The notes beneath the pieces were generated by a model. That model saw nothing but the letters and a program-made list of their open reading frames with translations. It searched no databases and was not told where the DNA came from. Of a DNA stretch of 42,426 nt, positions 1-8,442 are shown piece after piece (the first letter of the stretch is position 1; each line of letters starts with the position of its first letter). Origin of the DNA: a virus. Taxonomy: Duplodnaviria; Caudoviricetes. A program made the translations under genes and the position numbers. The DNA lies in the IMG/VR virus record IMGVR_UViG_3300027969_000177, positions 1-42,426 of that record; one strand, written 5' to 3'.

Positions 1-103
1 GACAGCAAGGATCCAGCGTTTGGAATGATTGCTGACGTGGTAGATGCTGAAACAGACAAGTTGGCTAAAAAGACATCAAACAAAAAGTAGTAAAAATAAA
101 GTT

Positions 104-143
104 CAACCGTCAGCGTGTCGTGCGTTGGCGGTTGTTTCTTTTT
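104..143 (+). terminator. Intrinsic terminator after the lysis genes
   Basis: CAACCGTCAGCG / CGTTGGCGGTTG stem followed by TTTCTTTTT; the second copy has C for T at 110, turning a U-G pair into C-G. Confidence 0.75.
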
Positions 144-171
144 GCGTTACTATTTTCTCAGGGGGCAAACC

Positions 172-396
172 ATGACGCTAAAAGACCGATTTGCGCAGGC
201 TGACGTTCATCAACCTTGCGCCTATATGATTACCGTAAACGCAATGACGCCAGAAGATCAAAAGGCGCTTGCTGAGGCTTGGGATAAAGGAATGTCACAG
301 CGCACCATTTTGCGGGTTTTGCGCGCTGAGGGTTACAAAACAAGCAATGAAGCAATCATGGCTCACAGAAAAGGTGAGTGCAAATGCGTCAAGTAG
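172..396 (+). CDS. Hypothetical small protein (possible HTH with Cys/His metal site)
   Basis: ATG 172 follows AGGGGG RBS; C-terminal HRKGECKC; differences in the repeat copy are synonymous. Confidence 0.7.
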   Translation: MTLKDRFAQADVHQPCAYMITVNAMTPEDQKALAEAWDKGMSQRTILRVLRAEGYKTSNEAIMAHRKGECKCVK

Positions 397-638
397 ACAA
401 AGTGTTGAGTGACAGGGAGTTAGAATACGGCTCAGCCCACAGAAACTTTGCGCAAGCAGGCAGAGGTTGGGGTGCTTTACTCGGTATTGACGACATACCT
501 GCTTGGAAGGTTGCACTGATGTTGGATTTTTTTAAGTCAATACGTTGTTCAGTAAACCCAGCACACGAAGACAGTTGGATTGACAAACAGGGATACACCC
601 AACACGGGCTAGAGATTGCGATGACAGATGAGCCTTGA
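384..638 (+). CDS. DUF6378-like small phage protein
   Basis: Pattern R..EYG..H.NF...W...VALML...K..R...HEDSWID..GY; synonymous-only differences in the repeat copy. Confidence 0.7.
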   Translation: MRQVDKVLSDRELEYGSAHRNFAQAGRGWGALLGIDDIPAWKVALMLDFFKSIRCSVNPAHEDSWIDKQGYTQHGLEIAMTDEP

Positions 639-1662
639 AGAGCAATTTAAGAATTTGCCTGAAGAGATTGAAAGTCAAGACGTAAAAGAATTACGCCAAG
701 CCTTAATGCGTGTTCAAAAACAATTGCGCCAAGCAAAAGAGCGCACCCAAGATCTAGTTGAAACAACACAGCAAGCCGCATACGACGCAATGCTGACAAT
801 GGGCAAGATCCAACCTGTTGCTGCACCTTTGGTGGACAAGCGCAAAACAAAAGGTGAAGTGGCTTTGTGGCACATGACCGATTGGCAAGGCGCTAAACAG
901 ACCACTTCATACAATAGCGAGATTATGCGCAAACGTGTTTTGGAGTTTTGTGACAAGGCTGTGCGCATTACAGAGATCCAGAGAGCAGATCACCCAGTCA
1001 AAGATGTGACAATATGTTTTGGCGGGGACATGGTTGAAGGTCTATTCAATTTTCCAACACAGGCATTTGAAGTTGATGCAACTTTGTTTGAGCAGTATGT
1101 AAACGTATCCCGCCTGTGCGTTGATGTTGTTCGACACGCACTGGCTAATTACGAAAAGGTCACAGTGATTGCAGAGTGGGGCAATCACGGCAGAATTGGA
1201 TCCAAACGCGACAATGTCCCGCGCTCAGACAATTTTGACCGTATGTGCTACGAACTTGCCCGTCAGTTACTTCAAGAAGAAAAGCGACTGACGTGGCAGG
1301 ACTGTCCTGAAGACATACAGCGTGTTGAAATCGGAAATTACCGCGCATTGCTTATTCACGGAGATGAGGTTGGCAGAAATGGATTTGCTTCACCAGGTGC
1401 AATCGTGCAACACGCAAACAAGTGGCGCTCAGGATCTTATCCGTGGGAGTTTAGAGACGTATACATTGGTCACTACCACACGCACTCAGAGTGGGCAATG
1501 GCGAATGGTCAAGGTAGTGTCTACCAAACGGGTAGTACGGAAAGTGACAATAGATACGCAGGTGTAATGCTTGCTGCAAGTGCAACACCGTCTCAGCGTC
1601 TACATTTTATTGACCCAAACAAGGGACGCGTTACTGCTGTTTACAAGGTGTGGCTGGATTAA
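628..1662 (+). CDS. Calcineurin-like metallophosphoesterase with N-terminal coiled coil
   Basis: Motifs TDWQ, GGDMVEG, GNHGR, IHGD, GHYH. Confidence 0.85.
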   Translation: MSLEEQFKNLPEEIESQDVKELRQALMRVQKQLRQAKERTQDLVETTQQAAYDAMLTMGKIQPVAAPLVDKRKTKGEVALWHMTDWQGAKQTTSYNSEIMRKRVLEFCDKAVRITEIQRADHPVKDVTICFGGDMVEGLFNFPTQAFEVDATLFEQYVNVSRLCVDVVRHALANYEKVTVIAEWGNHGRIGSKRDNVPRSDNFDRMCYELARQLLQEEKRLTWQDCPEDIQRVEIGNYRALLIHGDEVGRNGFASPGAIVQHANKWRSGSYPWEFRDVYIGHYHTHSEWAMANGQGSVYQTGSTESDNRYAGVMLAASATPSQRLHFIDPNKGRVTAVYKVWLD

Positions 1663-1745
1663 ATAGGGCTATCAATGACAGCGTCTACAGCGTCATCTAT
1701 TGTGCGCTGGTGTTCAGACGCGCAGTTGCCGCAAGACAGGCACAT
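1659..1745 (-). CDS. Putative 28-aa Cys-rich peptide (MCLSCGNCASEH...)
   Basis: Own translation; ATG overlaps the TGA of the 1745-1972 gene. Confidence 0.4.
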   Translation of the reverse strand: MCLSCGNCASEHQRTIDDAVDAVIDSPI

Positions 1746-1972
1746 CAGTCATCATCTTCGTCATCACCGTCAAAAATAAACGGATCAACAGAGCGAATGT
1801 CCATGCCAACCTCTTTGCAATGATCCAAAGCAGCCTTAAACAATTCAAGAACACGGTTGCCTAGATCTGTCATTTGATCTGGATACGAAGCCTCATGCTC
1901 AACCTCAACAAACAATTGATGCAGGCTAATAACGATCTTGCCACTTGGCACAATTTCAGGGTTTTTGGACAT
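1745..1972 (-). CDS. Hypothetical acidic protein
   Basis: Fills the gap between + strand genes; acidic tail DGDDEDDD. Confidence 0.65.
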   Translation of the reverse strand: MSKNPEIVPSGKIVISLHQLFVEVEHEASYPDQMTDLGNRVLELFKAALDHCKEVGMDIRSVDPFIFDGDDEDDD

Positions 1973-2105
1973 ACCTTAAGTCTGGCATTGGTTACAAAAA
2001 AAATCACGCGACGCGCCAGAGTCAATCCCCAAAAACTGTAATTCAAGCCTCATACTTATCGGGACAGGGCAGACAACTGCCCCCCAAACAGAAAGAAGGC
2101 ACATT

Positions 2106-2657
2106 ATGGCTAAGTTTGACCTTAGCGATTACGAGACGGTAGAGCAGCGCTTGACCCGTTTTTGGAAGGCGCACCCTGAAGGTAGAGTGCTAACAGATCT
2201 AGTGTTTCACGATGAGCGCAGGTTCATTATCAAGGCTGAGATCTATTTTGACCGCGATGACATGACTGGCGTTGCCAGTGGATACGCTGAGGAAATCGTA
2301 GGTGCATCACCTGTAAACCGCACATCAGCATTGGAAAATGGAGAGACAAGCGCAATTGGTCGTGCTTTAGCCAACTGCGGGTTTGCATCAGAGGGCAAGC
2401 GCCCAAGCAGAACTGAAATGGAGAAGGTTGAGCGCTACAGCAAAGAGCCACGCATGGCTGCAACTAAGCCAAAGACCTATTCAGAGTCAGAGGTAAAACA
2501 GGCTGAAGACTTAATGACATTGCTTCCAACCGTCACAGACATTACAGTGTTGCGTGATCTGTTTCAGGTACACGCAAGCGTGTTAGACCTACCTCTCAAC
2601 GGCACAACACTAAAGGATCTGTTTAACACTCGCGCTCAGGAGTTAAAAGGTGAGTAA
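2106..2657 (+). CDS. Putative single-strand annealing/recombination protein (Rad52/Sak-like)
   Basis: YETVEQRL..FW...PEGR and ENGETSAIGRALANCG motifs; early-region context. Confidence 0.55.
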   Translation: MAKFDLSDYETVEQRLTRFWKAHPEGRVLTDLVFHDERRFIIKAEIYFDRDDMTGVASGYAEEIVGASPVNRTSALENGETSAIGRALANCGFASEGKRPSRTEMEKVERYSKEPRMAATKPKTYSESEVKQAEDLMTLLPTVTDITVLRDLFQVHASVLDLPLNGTTLKDLFNTRAQELKGE

Positions 2658-3102
2658 GTTTGTGACTGACGCAAATGATCTGCAACTATCTTTCAAGCCA
2701 TACGCTGGCACAATGGGCTGGAACGGTGAAGGCGCTACAAGCCTTAATCAGTCTTTGACCCTCAATCACATTAGACATCAAGGTGAGCGCGGTTTGACTT
2801 GGTTTGAACTTGCAGAAATCACCAACTGGCATCACGGCACTGCATCAGGTCAATTGTCGGTTTTGGACAAGGTGGGCTTGATCAGACGCCTGAAAGAGAA
2901 GCGCGGCAGATCCTCAGTGTATGTGCTGGCGCAATTTGTGAACGGCAGAGAACTTGCCAAGCGCAAACAGGGCAAACTGACTTTGGTGATAGATCTTGCT
3001 GACGGTATTGACCGCCAAGTAATCATTGATTACCTTAACTGCGTTGCACTATGCAAACTTGAAGAGGACAACAAAGAGATTATTGGTTGGGAGTGGAAAT
3101 GA
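2650..3102 (+). CDS. Winged-helix DNA-binding protein
   Basis: GLTWFELAEITNWHHGTASGQLSVLDKVGLI wHTH pattern. Confidence 0.65.
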   Translation: MSKFVTDANDLQLSFKPYAGTMGWNGEGATSLNQSLTLNHIRHQGERGLTWFELAEITNWHHGTASGQLSVLDKVGLIRRLKEKRGRSSVYVLAQFVNGRELAKRKQGKLTLVIDLADGIDRQVIIDYLNCVALCKLEEDNKEIIGWEWK

Positions 3103-3296
3103 ACAAGATAGATCTACTAAGCACAATGGCAAAGGTCAATAAGGCGCTCAAGACAAACGATTACGGGCAACTTGCACTGGCGCTAGGCATGACCAAAGCA
3201 ATGGTTGAAGAAATGGATCTACAAGACATATTCGACGCAATGACGGTTCGCATGGCGGATCTGAATGCAGAACTGGAGAAGGTACTAAACAAATGA
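3099..3296 (+). CDS. Hypothetical protein
   Basis: ATGA overlaps at both ends. Confidence 0.6.
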   Translation: MNKIDLLSTMAKVNKALKTNDYGQLALALGMTKAMVEEMDLQDIFDAMTVRMADLNAELEKVLNK

Positions 3297-3577
3297 GCAA
3301 TCAAAAAAAATTCAAAGCACCGCAGGGCTGGGTTACAGCAGTTCACATTAACGCTATTGGCATTTCTGAAGTTGCCAAGCATTTGGGTATAGCACCAAGC
3401 ACGCTGGCTCAAGCAATGGAAGAAAGCGGGTTTCAGATGACACCTGACCCAATGGACATAAGCGCAGACACAGCAAAGGTCATGCGTATTGAAGAAGGTA
3501 AAAAAGAGACGAAGTTGGAGGTAGTGCCTGATGAGTCAGATAGTGACGCCACAGATGATCGAACAGAGACTGCGTGA
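3293..3577 (+). CDS. Hypothetical protein, possible HTH
   Basis: GISEVAKHLGIAPSTLAQAM resembles an HTH. Confidence 0.55.
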   Translation: MSNQKKFKAPQGWVTAVHINAIGISEVAKHLGIAPSTLAQAMEESGFQMTPDPMDISADTAKVMRIEEGKKETKLEVVPDESDSDATDDRTETA

Positions 3578-3890
3578 CCTATCAAAAGAGGTAGACCAGT
3601 CACACAAAGATCTTGCAGACGCAGAACACGCATACTTCACTACAAAGGCAAAGTATGAATTGGCGCTGGCTCACGGGCGTTTGTCGCTTGCAGGGAAGCA
3701 AGATACAAAACTGACAGTGTCGGACAAAGCAGACATGGCACTGGTATCGGCTGAGGATCTTCATTTGCAGATGAGCATTGCTGAGGCAATGGTTCGTGCT
3801 GCAAGATCTAACGCAGCGCGCATTCGCACCCAAGTGGACATTGCAAGATCTGTTGGCACATCAGTGCGAACAAGTATGGAGTTGTCATGA
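3531..3890 (+). CDS. Hypothetical helical/coiled-coil phage protein
   Basis: GGAGG RBS; amphipathic helical sequence. Confidence 0.65.
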   Translation: MSQIVTPQMIEQRLRDLSKEVDQSHKDLADAEHAYFTTKAKYELALAHGRLSLAGKQDTKLTVSDKADMALVSAEDLHLQMSIAEAMVRAARSNAARIRTQVDIARSVGTSVRTSMELS

Positions 3891-4033
3891 ACCCTGATGA
3901 GCCAGTTCCATTTACGATTACACCGCTTGGTGAGTCGGTTTTCTTTGCTTACGTTGAAGCGTATGCCAAGAAGCACAGCATTACCCGCGATGAGGCAATC
4001 ATTCGCCTGAGCAATGGAGAAGACGTTGATTGA
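3887..4033 (+). CDS. Small hypothetical protein (48 aa, MNPDEPVPFTITPLG...)
   Basis: Own translation; ATGA overlap with the upstream stop; fills the gap. Confidence 0.5.
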   Translation: MNPDEPVPFTITPLGESVFFAYVEAYAKKHSITRDEAIIRLSNGEDVD

Positions 4034-4697
4034 TCTAAACGAAATGCTTGTAAAATCTCTCAACGCATTTGACGCCAGCAGGTCAAGATCTCAGCAGGTT
4101 GAGGTTGGACCAAGCAGCATTGGCGGTTGCCGCAGGCGCGTCTGGCATGAGTTGAAGCAGACCCCTGAAACTAATCCCAGCACTGAGTCTCTTGCTGCAA
4201 TCTTGGGCACTTTTATTCACTCAGGAATTGAAAAGTCAATTAGGCGTGAAGATCCTTTTGGCGACAATTTCATCATTGAAGGTGAGTTCAAGTCAGGCGA
4301 TCTCAAAGGTCACGTGGATCTATTCATCAAAGATCAAGGGCTGGTTGTTGATTGGAAGACAACAAAGGTCAAGTCACTGCGCTACTTCCCGTCAAAACAA
4401 CAGCGTTGGCAGGTGCAGATTTACGGCTGGTTGCTTGAACAGAACGGTCACAAGGTCAATGAGGTTGCACTGGTTGCGATCCCGCGTGACGGTGAAATGG
4501 CTGACATTCGTGTTCACAGAGAAGACTATGACGCAGCAACAGCATTGGCTGGTATTGAGTGGCTTGAAGCAATTAAGTCAGGGATTAAGGAAGATCAACC
4601 TGCACCCGCGCCTGAAGAGTCACCGTTCTTTTGTACCAAGTATTGCTCGTTCTACGATCAGACAGGAGAAGTCGGTTGCCCAAGTACGGCGAAATAA
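4014..4697 (+). CDS. Cas4-like PD-(D/E)XK exonuclease
   Basis: PSSIGGCRR, LGTFIH, GHVD, VVDWKT, QVQIY, plus C-terminal CTKYC...C Fe-S ligands. Confidence 0.85.
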   Translation: MEKTLIDLNEMLVKSLNAFDASRSRSQQVEVGPSSIGGCRRRVWHELKQTPETNPSTESLAAILGTFIHSGIEKSIRREDPFGDNFIIEGEFKSGDLKGHVDLFIKDQGLVVDWKTTKVKSLRYFPSKQQRWQVQIYGWLLEQNGHKVNEVALVAIPRDGEMADIRVHREDYDAATALAGIEWLEAIKSGIKEDQPAPAPEESPFFCTKYCSFYDQTGEVGCPSTAK

Positions 4698-5050
4698 ATT
4701 GGGATCTGGCTGCCTGCCACGGTATGTACACCGATCTGTTCTACCGTGTTGAAGAAGAGCGCAACGTGGACGCATACCCGTACATCAACGCTGTACGAGA
4801 AGTATGCGCACGTTGCCCTCTTTGGCAGCAGTGTTTTCAATACGCATACGAAAATGAAAGATACGGCGTGTGGGGTGGAATGACATCTCTTGAGCGCGCA
4901 TCTTTTTACAAACCCGAAAAGTATCCAATTCAAAAACAACGTGCGCTCAAGTCACTGTCTGGTTTTGGAATTACATTAGAAAACATTAGGAGTGCAATTG
5001 AGCATACGCGTTATGTCGGAAGTGTGGCTGACGAAATTACCACTAACTGA
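4676..5050 (+). CDS. whiB: WhiB-family transcription regulator
   Basis: AAC...DLFY...AREVCARCP...C...YGVWGG; TTG start at 4676 behind AGGAG. Confidence 0.9.
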   Translation: MPKYGEINWDLAACHGMYTDLFYRVEEERNVDAYPYINAVREVCARCPLWQQCFQYAYENERYGVWGGMTSLERASFYKPEKYPIQKQRALKSLSGFGITLENIRSAIEHTRYVGSVADEITTN

Positions 5051-5801
5051 AAAAATGGTTTTGCTTGTCATTGCAGATCACGCAAGCGATGACGGGACAG
5101 AGGCATGGCCAAGCCAAGCCACAATAGCCAAGAAAGCCAGTGTGAGCATCAGGACAGTGCAGCGATCAGTCAATACATTGGTTGATAAGGGTTTTGTCAT
5201 TATGCAAAAGGGCGCTGGTGGATCTGCAACTTGCAGAGAAGACCGCAGACCGCATAAGTACACGATCAATCTTGCAGTGTTACGGGGCGACGCTGAGACC
5301 ACTCGTAAGAGACGGGGCGACGCTGAAGACCTTGACGGGGCGACTTTCGCGCCTGACACGGGGCGACTTTCACGACCTATGAACCTTCCTATAGAACCGT
5401 CCAAAGAAACACCCTTCGATTTGTTTTGGAAGGTATATCCATTGAAGGTAGGAAAGGCAGCAGCAAAAAAGGTTTTTGACAAAGCGATGAGTTGCGGGAT
5501 TGACGAGCAATCAATCATTGAAGGCGCTCAGAGATACGCCAAGGATCCAAACCGTCACCCTTCGTATACGGCTCACCCGTCTACTTGGTTGAATGCTGGA
5601 CGCTGGGCAGATGACCCGTTGCCTCAACGTGAGGTTAGCCCTGACGAAAAGAAGGCATTAGAAGCCACTGCAGCCCGTCTGAAGGCTGAGCGAGACAGGG
5701 CTGACAGTCAGGCTTGGCTCGCTGAGATTGAGACCCAGAGAGCCAAAGCAGTGCCAATGCCTGAGTCTTTGAAGCGATTAGTGAGACAAAGGACACTGTA
5801 A
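4992..5801 (+). CDS. Replication initiator protein (N-terminal HTH, lambda O-like organisation)
   Basis: EKMVLLVIADHA...AWPSQATIAKKASVSIRTVQR HTH; FDLFWKVYP.KVGK..A and HPSTWLN..RW C-terminal motifs; internal iterons. Confidence 0.85.
   Translation: MQLSIRVMSEVWLTKLPLTEKMVLLVIADHASDDGTEAWPSQATIAKKASVSIRTVQRSVNTLVDKGFVIMQKGAGGSATCREDRRPHKYTINLAVLRGDAETTRKRRGDAEDLDGATFAPDTGRLSRPMNLPIEPSKETPFDLFWKVYPLKVGKAAAKKVFDKAMSCGIDEQSIIEGAQRYAKDPNRHPSYTAHPSTWLNAGRWADDPLPQREVSPDEKKALEATAARLKAERDRADSQAWLAEIETQRAKAVPMPESLKRLVRQRTL
5282..5367 (+). repeat. Four iteron-like direct repeats (ACGGGGCGAC), probable replication origin
   Basis: Exact 10-mers at 5282, 5312, 5335 and 5358 inside the initiator gene. 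Confidence 0.75.
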
Positions 5802-5842
5802 GCATTACAATTTATGTAACCATTACAGACAGGGAGAGACGA

Positions 5843-6034
5843 TTGCCAAAAACAACCGTTGTTCAACCAACACAATTAAACATGGGCGACCACATACTGA
5901 TCAATAATCAAGAACTCACAGTCAAATATGTTGATGCACCTGATCGAATTGGCACCTGCGATTTGTACGCAATAGATCAACAGGGACGCGATCAACACGC
6001 GATTGTTACGGGTCTGGTTACAATAGTGGTGTGA
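5843..6034 (+). CDS. Hypothetical small beta-rich protein
   Basis: AGGGAG RBS; GTGA overlap with rusA. Confidence 0.55.
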   Translation: MPKTTVVQPTQLNMGDHILINNQELTVKYVDAPDRIGTCDLYAIDQQGRDQHAIVTGLVTIVV

Positions 6035-6402
6035 TCCAGTTCAGAGTAGACGGCAAACCCGTGCCGCAAGGGTCAATGTCGTCAGTCAATGGACATATCT
6101 TCCATTCGCAAGGCTCAGCCCTAGCGACTTGGCGCGCTGCAATCGCAATTGCAGGAAGACACGCTGGCGCTCAACCGTCGGCAAAATCAATCTCAATGAC
6201 AATGGTATTTATTTTTCAAAAACCTAAGACCGTTACAAGATCCGAACCGACTGTACCGCCTGATTTGGATAAGTTGATACGCGCTGTATTAGACGGATTG
6301 ACGGCGGTGGCGTACAAAGATGACGCCCAAGTTACAGAAATTAGGGCATTGAAGATCTACGGCGAAAGACCTGGAGTTGAGATCCAGATTGTTGAAAAAT
6401 AA
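6031..6402 (+). CDS. rusA: RusA-family Holliday junction resolvase
   Basis: G.PVPQGS start; PDLDKLIRAVLDGLT..AYKDDAQV catalytic motif. Confidence 0.9.
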   Translation: MIQFRVDGKPVPQGSMSSVNGHIFHSQGSALATWRAAIAIAGRHAGAQPSAKSISMTMVFIFQKPKTVTRSEPTVPPDLDKLIRAVLDGLTAVAYKDDAQVTEIRALKIYGERPGVEIQIVEK

Positions 6403-6553
6403 ATAAAAAAATAAATAAAAAAACTTTGAAATAGTCTCGACTTTTTTTGTTTTGTCCCAGAAGATTATCTTATTGAGATCAAATTGATTTCTACTAAATC
6501 GCTGGAGGCAAAAATGCTAGATCAAAAAGAGACAGTAAATACAAGAGAATTTG
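6395..6553 (+). promoter_or_regulatory. Promoter-hairpin-RBS cassette, copy 1
   Basis: A-tracts, AAACTTTGAAATAGTCTCGACTTTT, hairpin 6475-6491, RBS and first 13 codons; paralog at 8112-8270. Confidence 0.7.
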
Positions 6554-7377
6554 CTGTAAAAGTTGATACTGAATTATCTGAACTTTACGATCAGATCTGG
6601 ACAATCAATTCAAAAATTCAAATCATTAGAGACGACATCAAGTACGCCGCAAAGTACAATTCAAGTGAAGCAACAATCAAATCTTACAACGACAAGATTG
6701 ATGAGTTACTTATTCAGCGCGCACCATTGAAAGACCGCGTACGCGAATTGAACTTGATTTACATTGCAAACCCTTGGACACGCGCATTCCTTGTTAAAGG
6801 TTCAGACGGTCACGTACACTCTTCAATGGAGTGTTCAACCTGTTTTGACACCACTCAGTTTTTCTGGCTAACTCAATACAGCGCACACAATGAGGATCTC
6901 ATTGTTGCTGACGCTGGTGAGACTGCTTGCACGATTTGCTACCCTTCAGCGCCAGCAGATGTGCTAAACCGCCCATCAAAGATTGTCACAGCAGACTCAG
7001 AAGCAAAGGCAAAAGCAAAGGCTGAGCGCGACGCAAAGAAGGCTGAGCGCATTGCCAAAGAAAAAGCAAACGCACCAACAGCGTCAGGTGAGTTTTTGAC
7101 TTACAAAGAAGGCAAATACACACGCGAGATCCGCACAGAGCGCACAGCAGTAACAGAGTGGCTTAACACTTACCAATACGCAAACAATCCAGTTGTCACT
7201 GTTTTTTACGACGGCACACCGCACACACAAGAGTCAATAGACCACCAGTTGGCACTGCGCGCTGAAAAGCAAGAAGTTTGCAAAATTATTGCTCAGGCGC
7301 TTGCTGGAAAACACGGTGTTTCATTTGAGACAAAATGGGCAGAACTTGTTGCCAAATCAAACAAAAGGGGGTACTAA
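6514..7377 (+). CDS. Hypothetical protein with His/Cys metal-binding motif
   Basis: GHVHSSMECSTC...ACTICYPSAP; ATG 6514 behind GGAGG. Confidence 0.75.
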   Translation: MLDQKETVNTREFAVKVDTELSELYDQIWTINSKIQIIRDDIKYAAKYNSSEATIKSYNDKIDELLIQRAPLKDRVRELNLIYIANPWTRAFLVKGSDGHVHSSMECSTCFDTTQFFWLTQYSAHNEDLIVADAGETACTICYPSAPADVLNRPSKIVTADSEAKAKAKAERDAKKAERIAKEKANAPTASGEFLTYKEGKYTREIRTERTAVTEWLNTYQYANNPVVTVFYDGTPHTQESIDHQLALRAEKQEVCKIIAQALAGKHGVSFETKWAELVAKSNKRGY

Positions 7378-7379
7378 AC

Positions 7380-7715
7380 ATGGCAAGCAATGTTGTTAAA
7401 AAACTTCAAATTGAATTGGACGGGTACAGTTTTTCTGACCTTGCAGGTTTGATTGAAGAGAAGGTCATTGAAAAGATCCAAGAACTTATTGAGACCGAAT
7501 GCTCAGAACTATCAGGAATGGGAGATGACGGCAACACTGATCTTTCATTGGAAGATACAGATGTTTCAGTAACAGGCGACGGCTTAGAAGCCACGATCTA
7601 TTTCAACCGTGAGTCAGGCAAATTTGCTGCAACTAGCGACGTGGAAGACGAAGTCGTTAGCCGTCTACAAAATCAAGACATTGAAGTGTCTTTCAATTTT
7701 TCACTTACAATCTAA
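7380..7715 (+). CDS. Highly acidic hypothetical protein
   Basis: AGGGGG RBS; about 25 D/E versus 7 K/R in 111 aa. Confidence 0.7.
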   Translation: MASNVVKKLQIELDGYSFSDLAGLIEEKVIEKIQELIETECSELSGMGDDGNTDLSLEDTDVSVTGDGLEATIYFNRESGKFAATSDVEDEVVSRLQNQDIEVSFNFSLTI

Positions 7716-7727
7716 AGGGGTCAAACA

Positions 7728-7844
7728 ATGTGTGAAATGTGTCAGCGCAAAACAAATTTATTTAGGGTTCAACTCAAAGACAGACAAATTATGGCTTGCA
7801 ACGATTGCATTACTGAAAATCTTTTAACAGGTTGGAGCAGGTAA
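7728..7844 (+). CDS. 38-aa zinc-ribbon-like protein
   Basis: Own translation MCEMC...ACNDC; AGGGG RBS; TAATG overlap with the next gene. Confidence 0.6.
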   Translation: MCEMCQRKTNLFRVQLKDRQIMACNDCITENLLTGWSR

Positions 7845-8113
7845 TGAACTTAGATGAGTCTGATTTCGAAATGCTGTGGGACACCTCAATGAGTTGGGGT
7901 GTTCAATGGTTGTTGCAGCAAACCCGATTTACAAGCAAGCAACCAATTCACTATGACCATAAATGGGCTTATTGGTTTAGGGATTATTCGTCATACCTAA
8001 TGGCGCGCAATTTTCTTGACAACATCAAAACCGACTATCAAGAATTGATTGATGAGTCCACGGGCGACTTTGTGTTGCTATCTAATTACACGTCGCTGAC
8101 TTGGCGCTCATAA
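7844..8113 (+). CDS. Hypothetical protein
   Basis: TAATG coupling; ends at the second promoter cassette. Confidence 0.6.
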   Translation: MNLDESDFEMLWDTSMSWGVQWLLQQTRFTSKQPIHYDHKWAYWFRDYSSYLMARNFLDNIKTDYQELIDESTGDFVLLSNYTSLTWRS

Positions 8114-8270
8114 AAATAAATAAAAAATAATTAAAAAAACTTTGAAAATAGTCTCGACTTTTCGTAATTTATCCAATAGGTTTTCTTTATTGAGTTCAGA
8201 TCGGACTCTATTAGATCGAAAGGCAAACAAATGTTAGATCAAAAAAAGACAGTAAATACAAGCGAATTTG
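8112..8270 (+). promoter_or_regulatory. Promoter-hairpin-RBS cassette, copy 2
   Basis: TCGACT-N17-TAGGTT, upstream A-tracts, hairpin 8192-8208; paralog of 6395-6553. Confidence 0.7.
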
Positions 8271-8440
8271 GGTTAGAAATCGGCGGATACCGCGTTGCAT
8301 TTACAAACTGGAATGGAAATGGGCGCGAGACATTTTTCCAAAACAAGTTTGACGCTATTGAATACCTAAACAAATTTGAGGCTTACGGATACAAAGGCTC
8401 AGTTGAAACAATTTGGTTTCACGTTAAGGCAGGTAAGTAA
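8231..8440 (+). CDS. Hypothetical protein sharing its N-terminus with the 6514 gene
   Basis: MLDQKKTVNTSEF versus MLDQKETVNTREF. Confidence 0.7.
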   Translation: MLDQKKTVNTSEFGLEIGGYRVAFTNWNGNGRETFFQNKFDAIEYLNKFEAYGYKGSVETIWFHVKAGK

Positions 8441-8442
8441 TT

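Larger units (their letters stand above)
1..1087 (+). repeat. Terminal direct repeat, copy 1 (circular overlap, imperfect)
   Basis: 1-1087 aligns without gaps to 41340-42426 (offset 41339); about 60 substitutions by hand count. Confidence 0.97.

Noticed and set aside
4014-4697. Cas4-like gene as a sign of a CRISPR system
   Set aside because: No repeat-spacer array or other cas genes; solo Cas4-like nucleases are common in phage recombination modules.
5282-5367. Short direct repeats as a mini CRISPR array
   Set aside because: The repeats are only 10-15 nt with 13-20 nt gaps and lie inside the initiator gene; iterons fit better.
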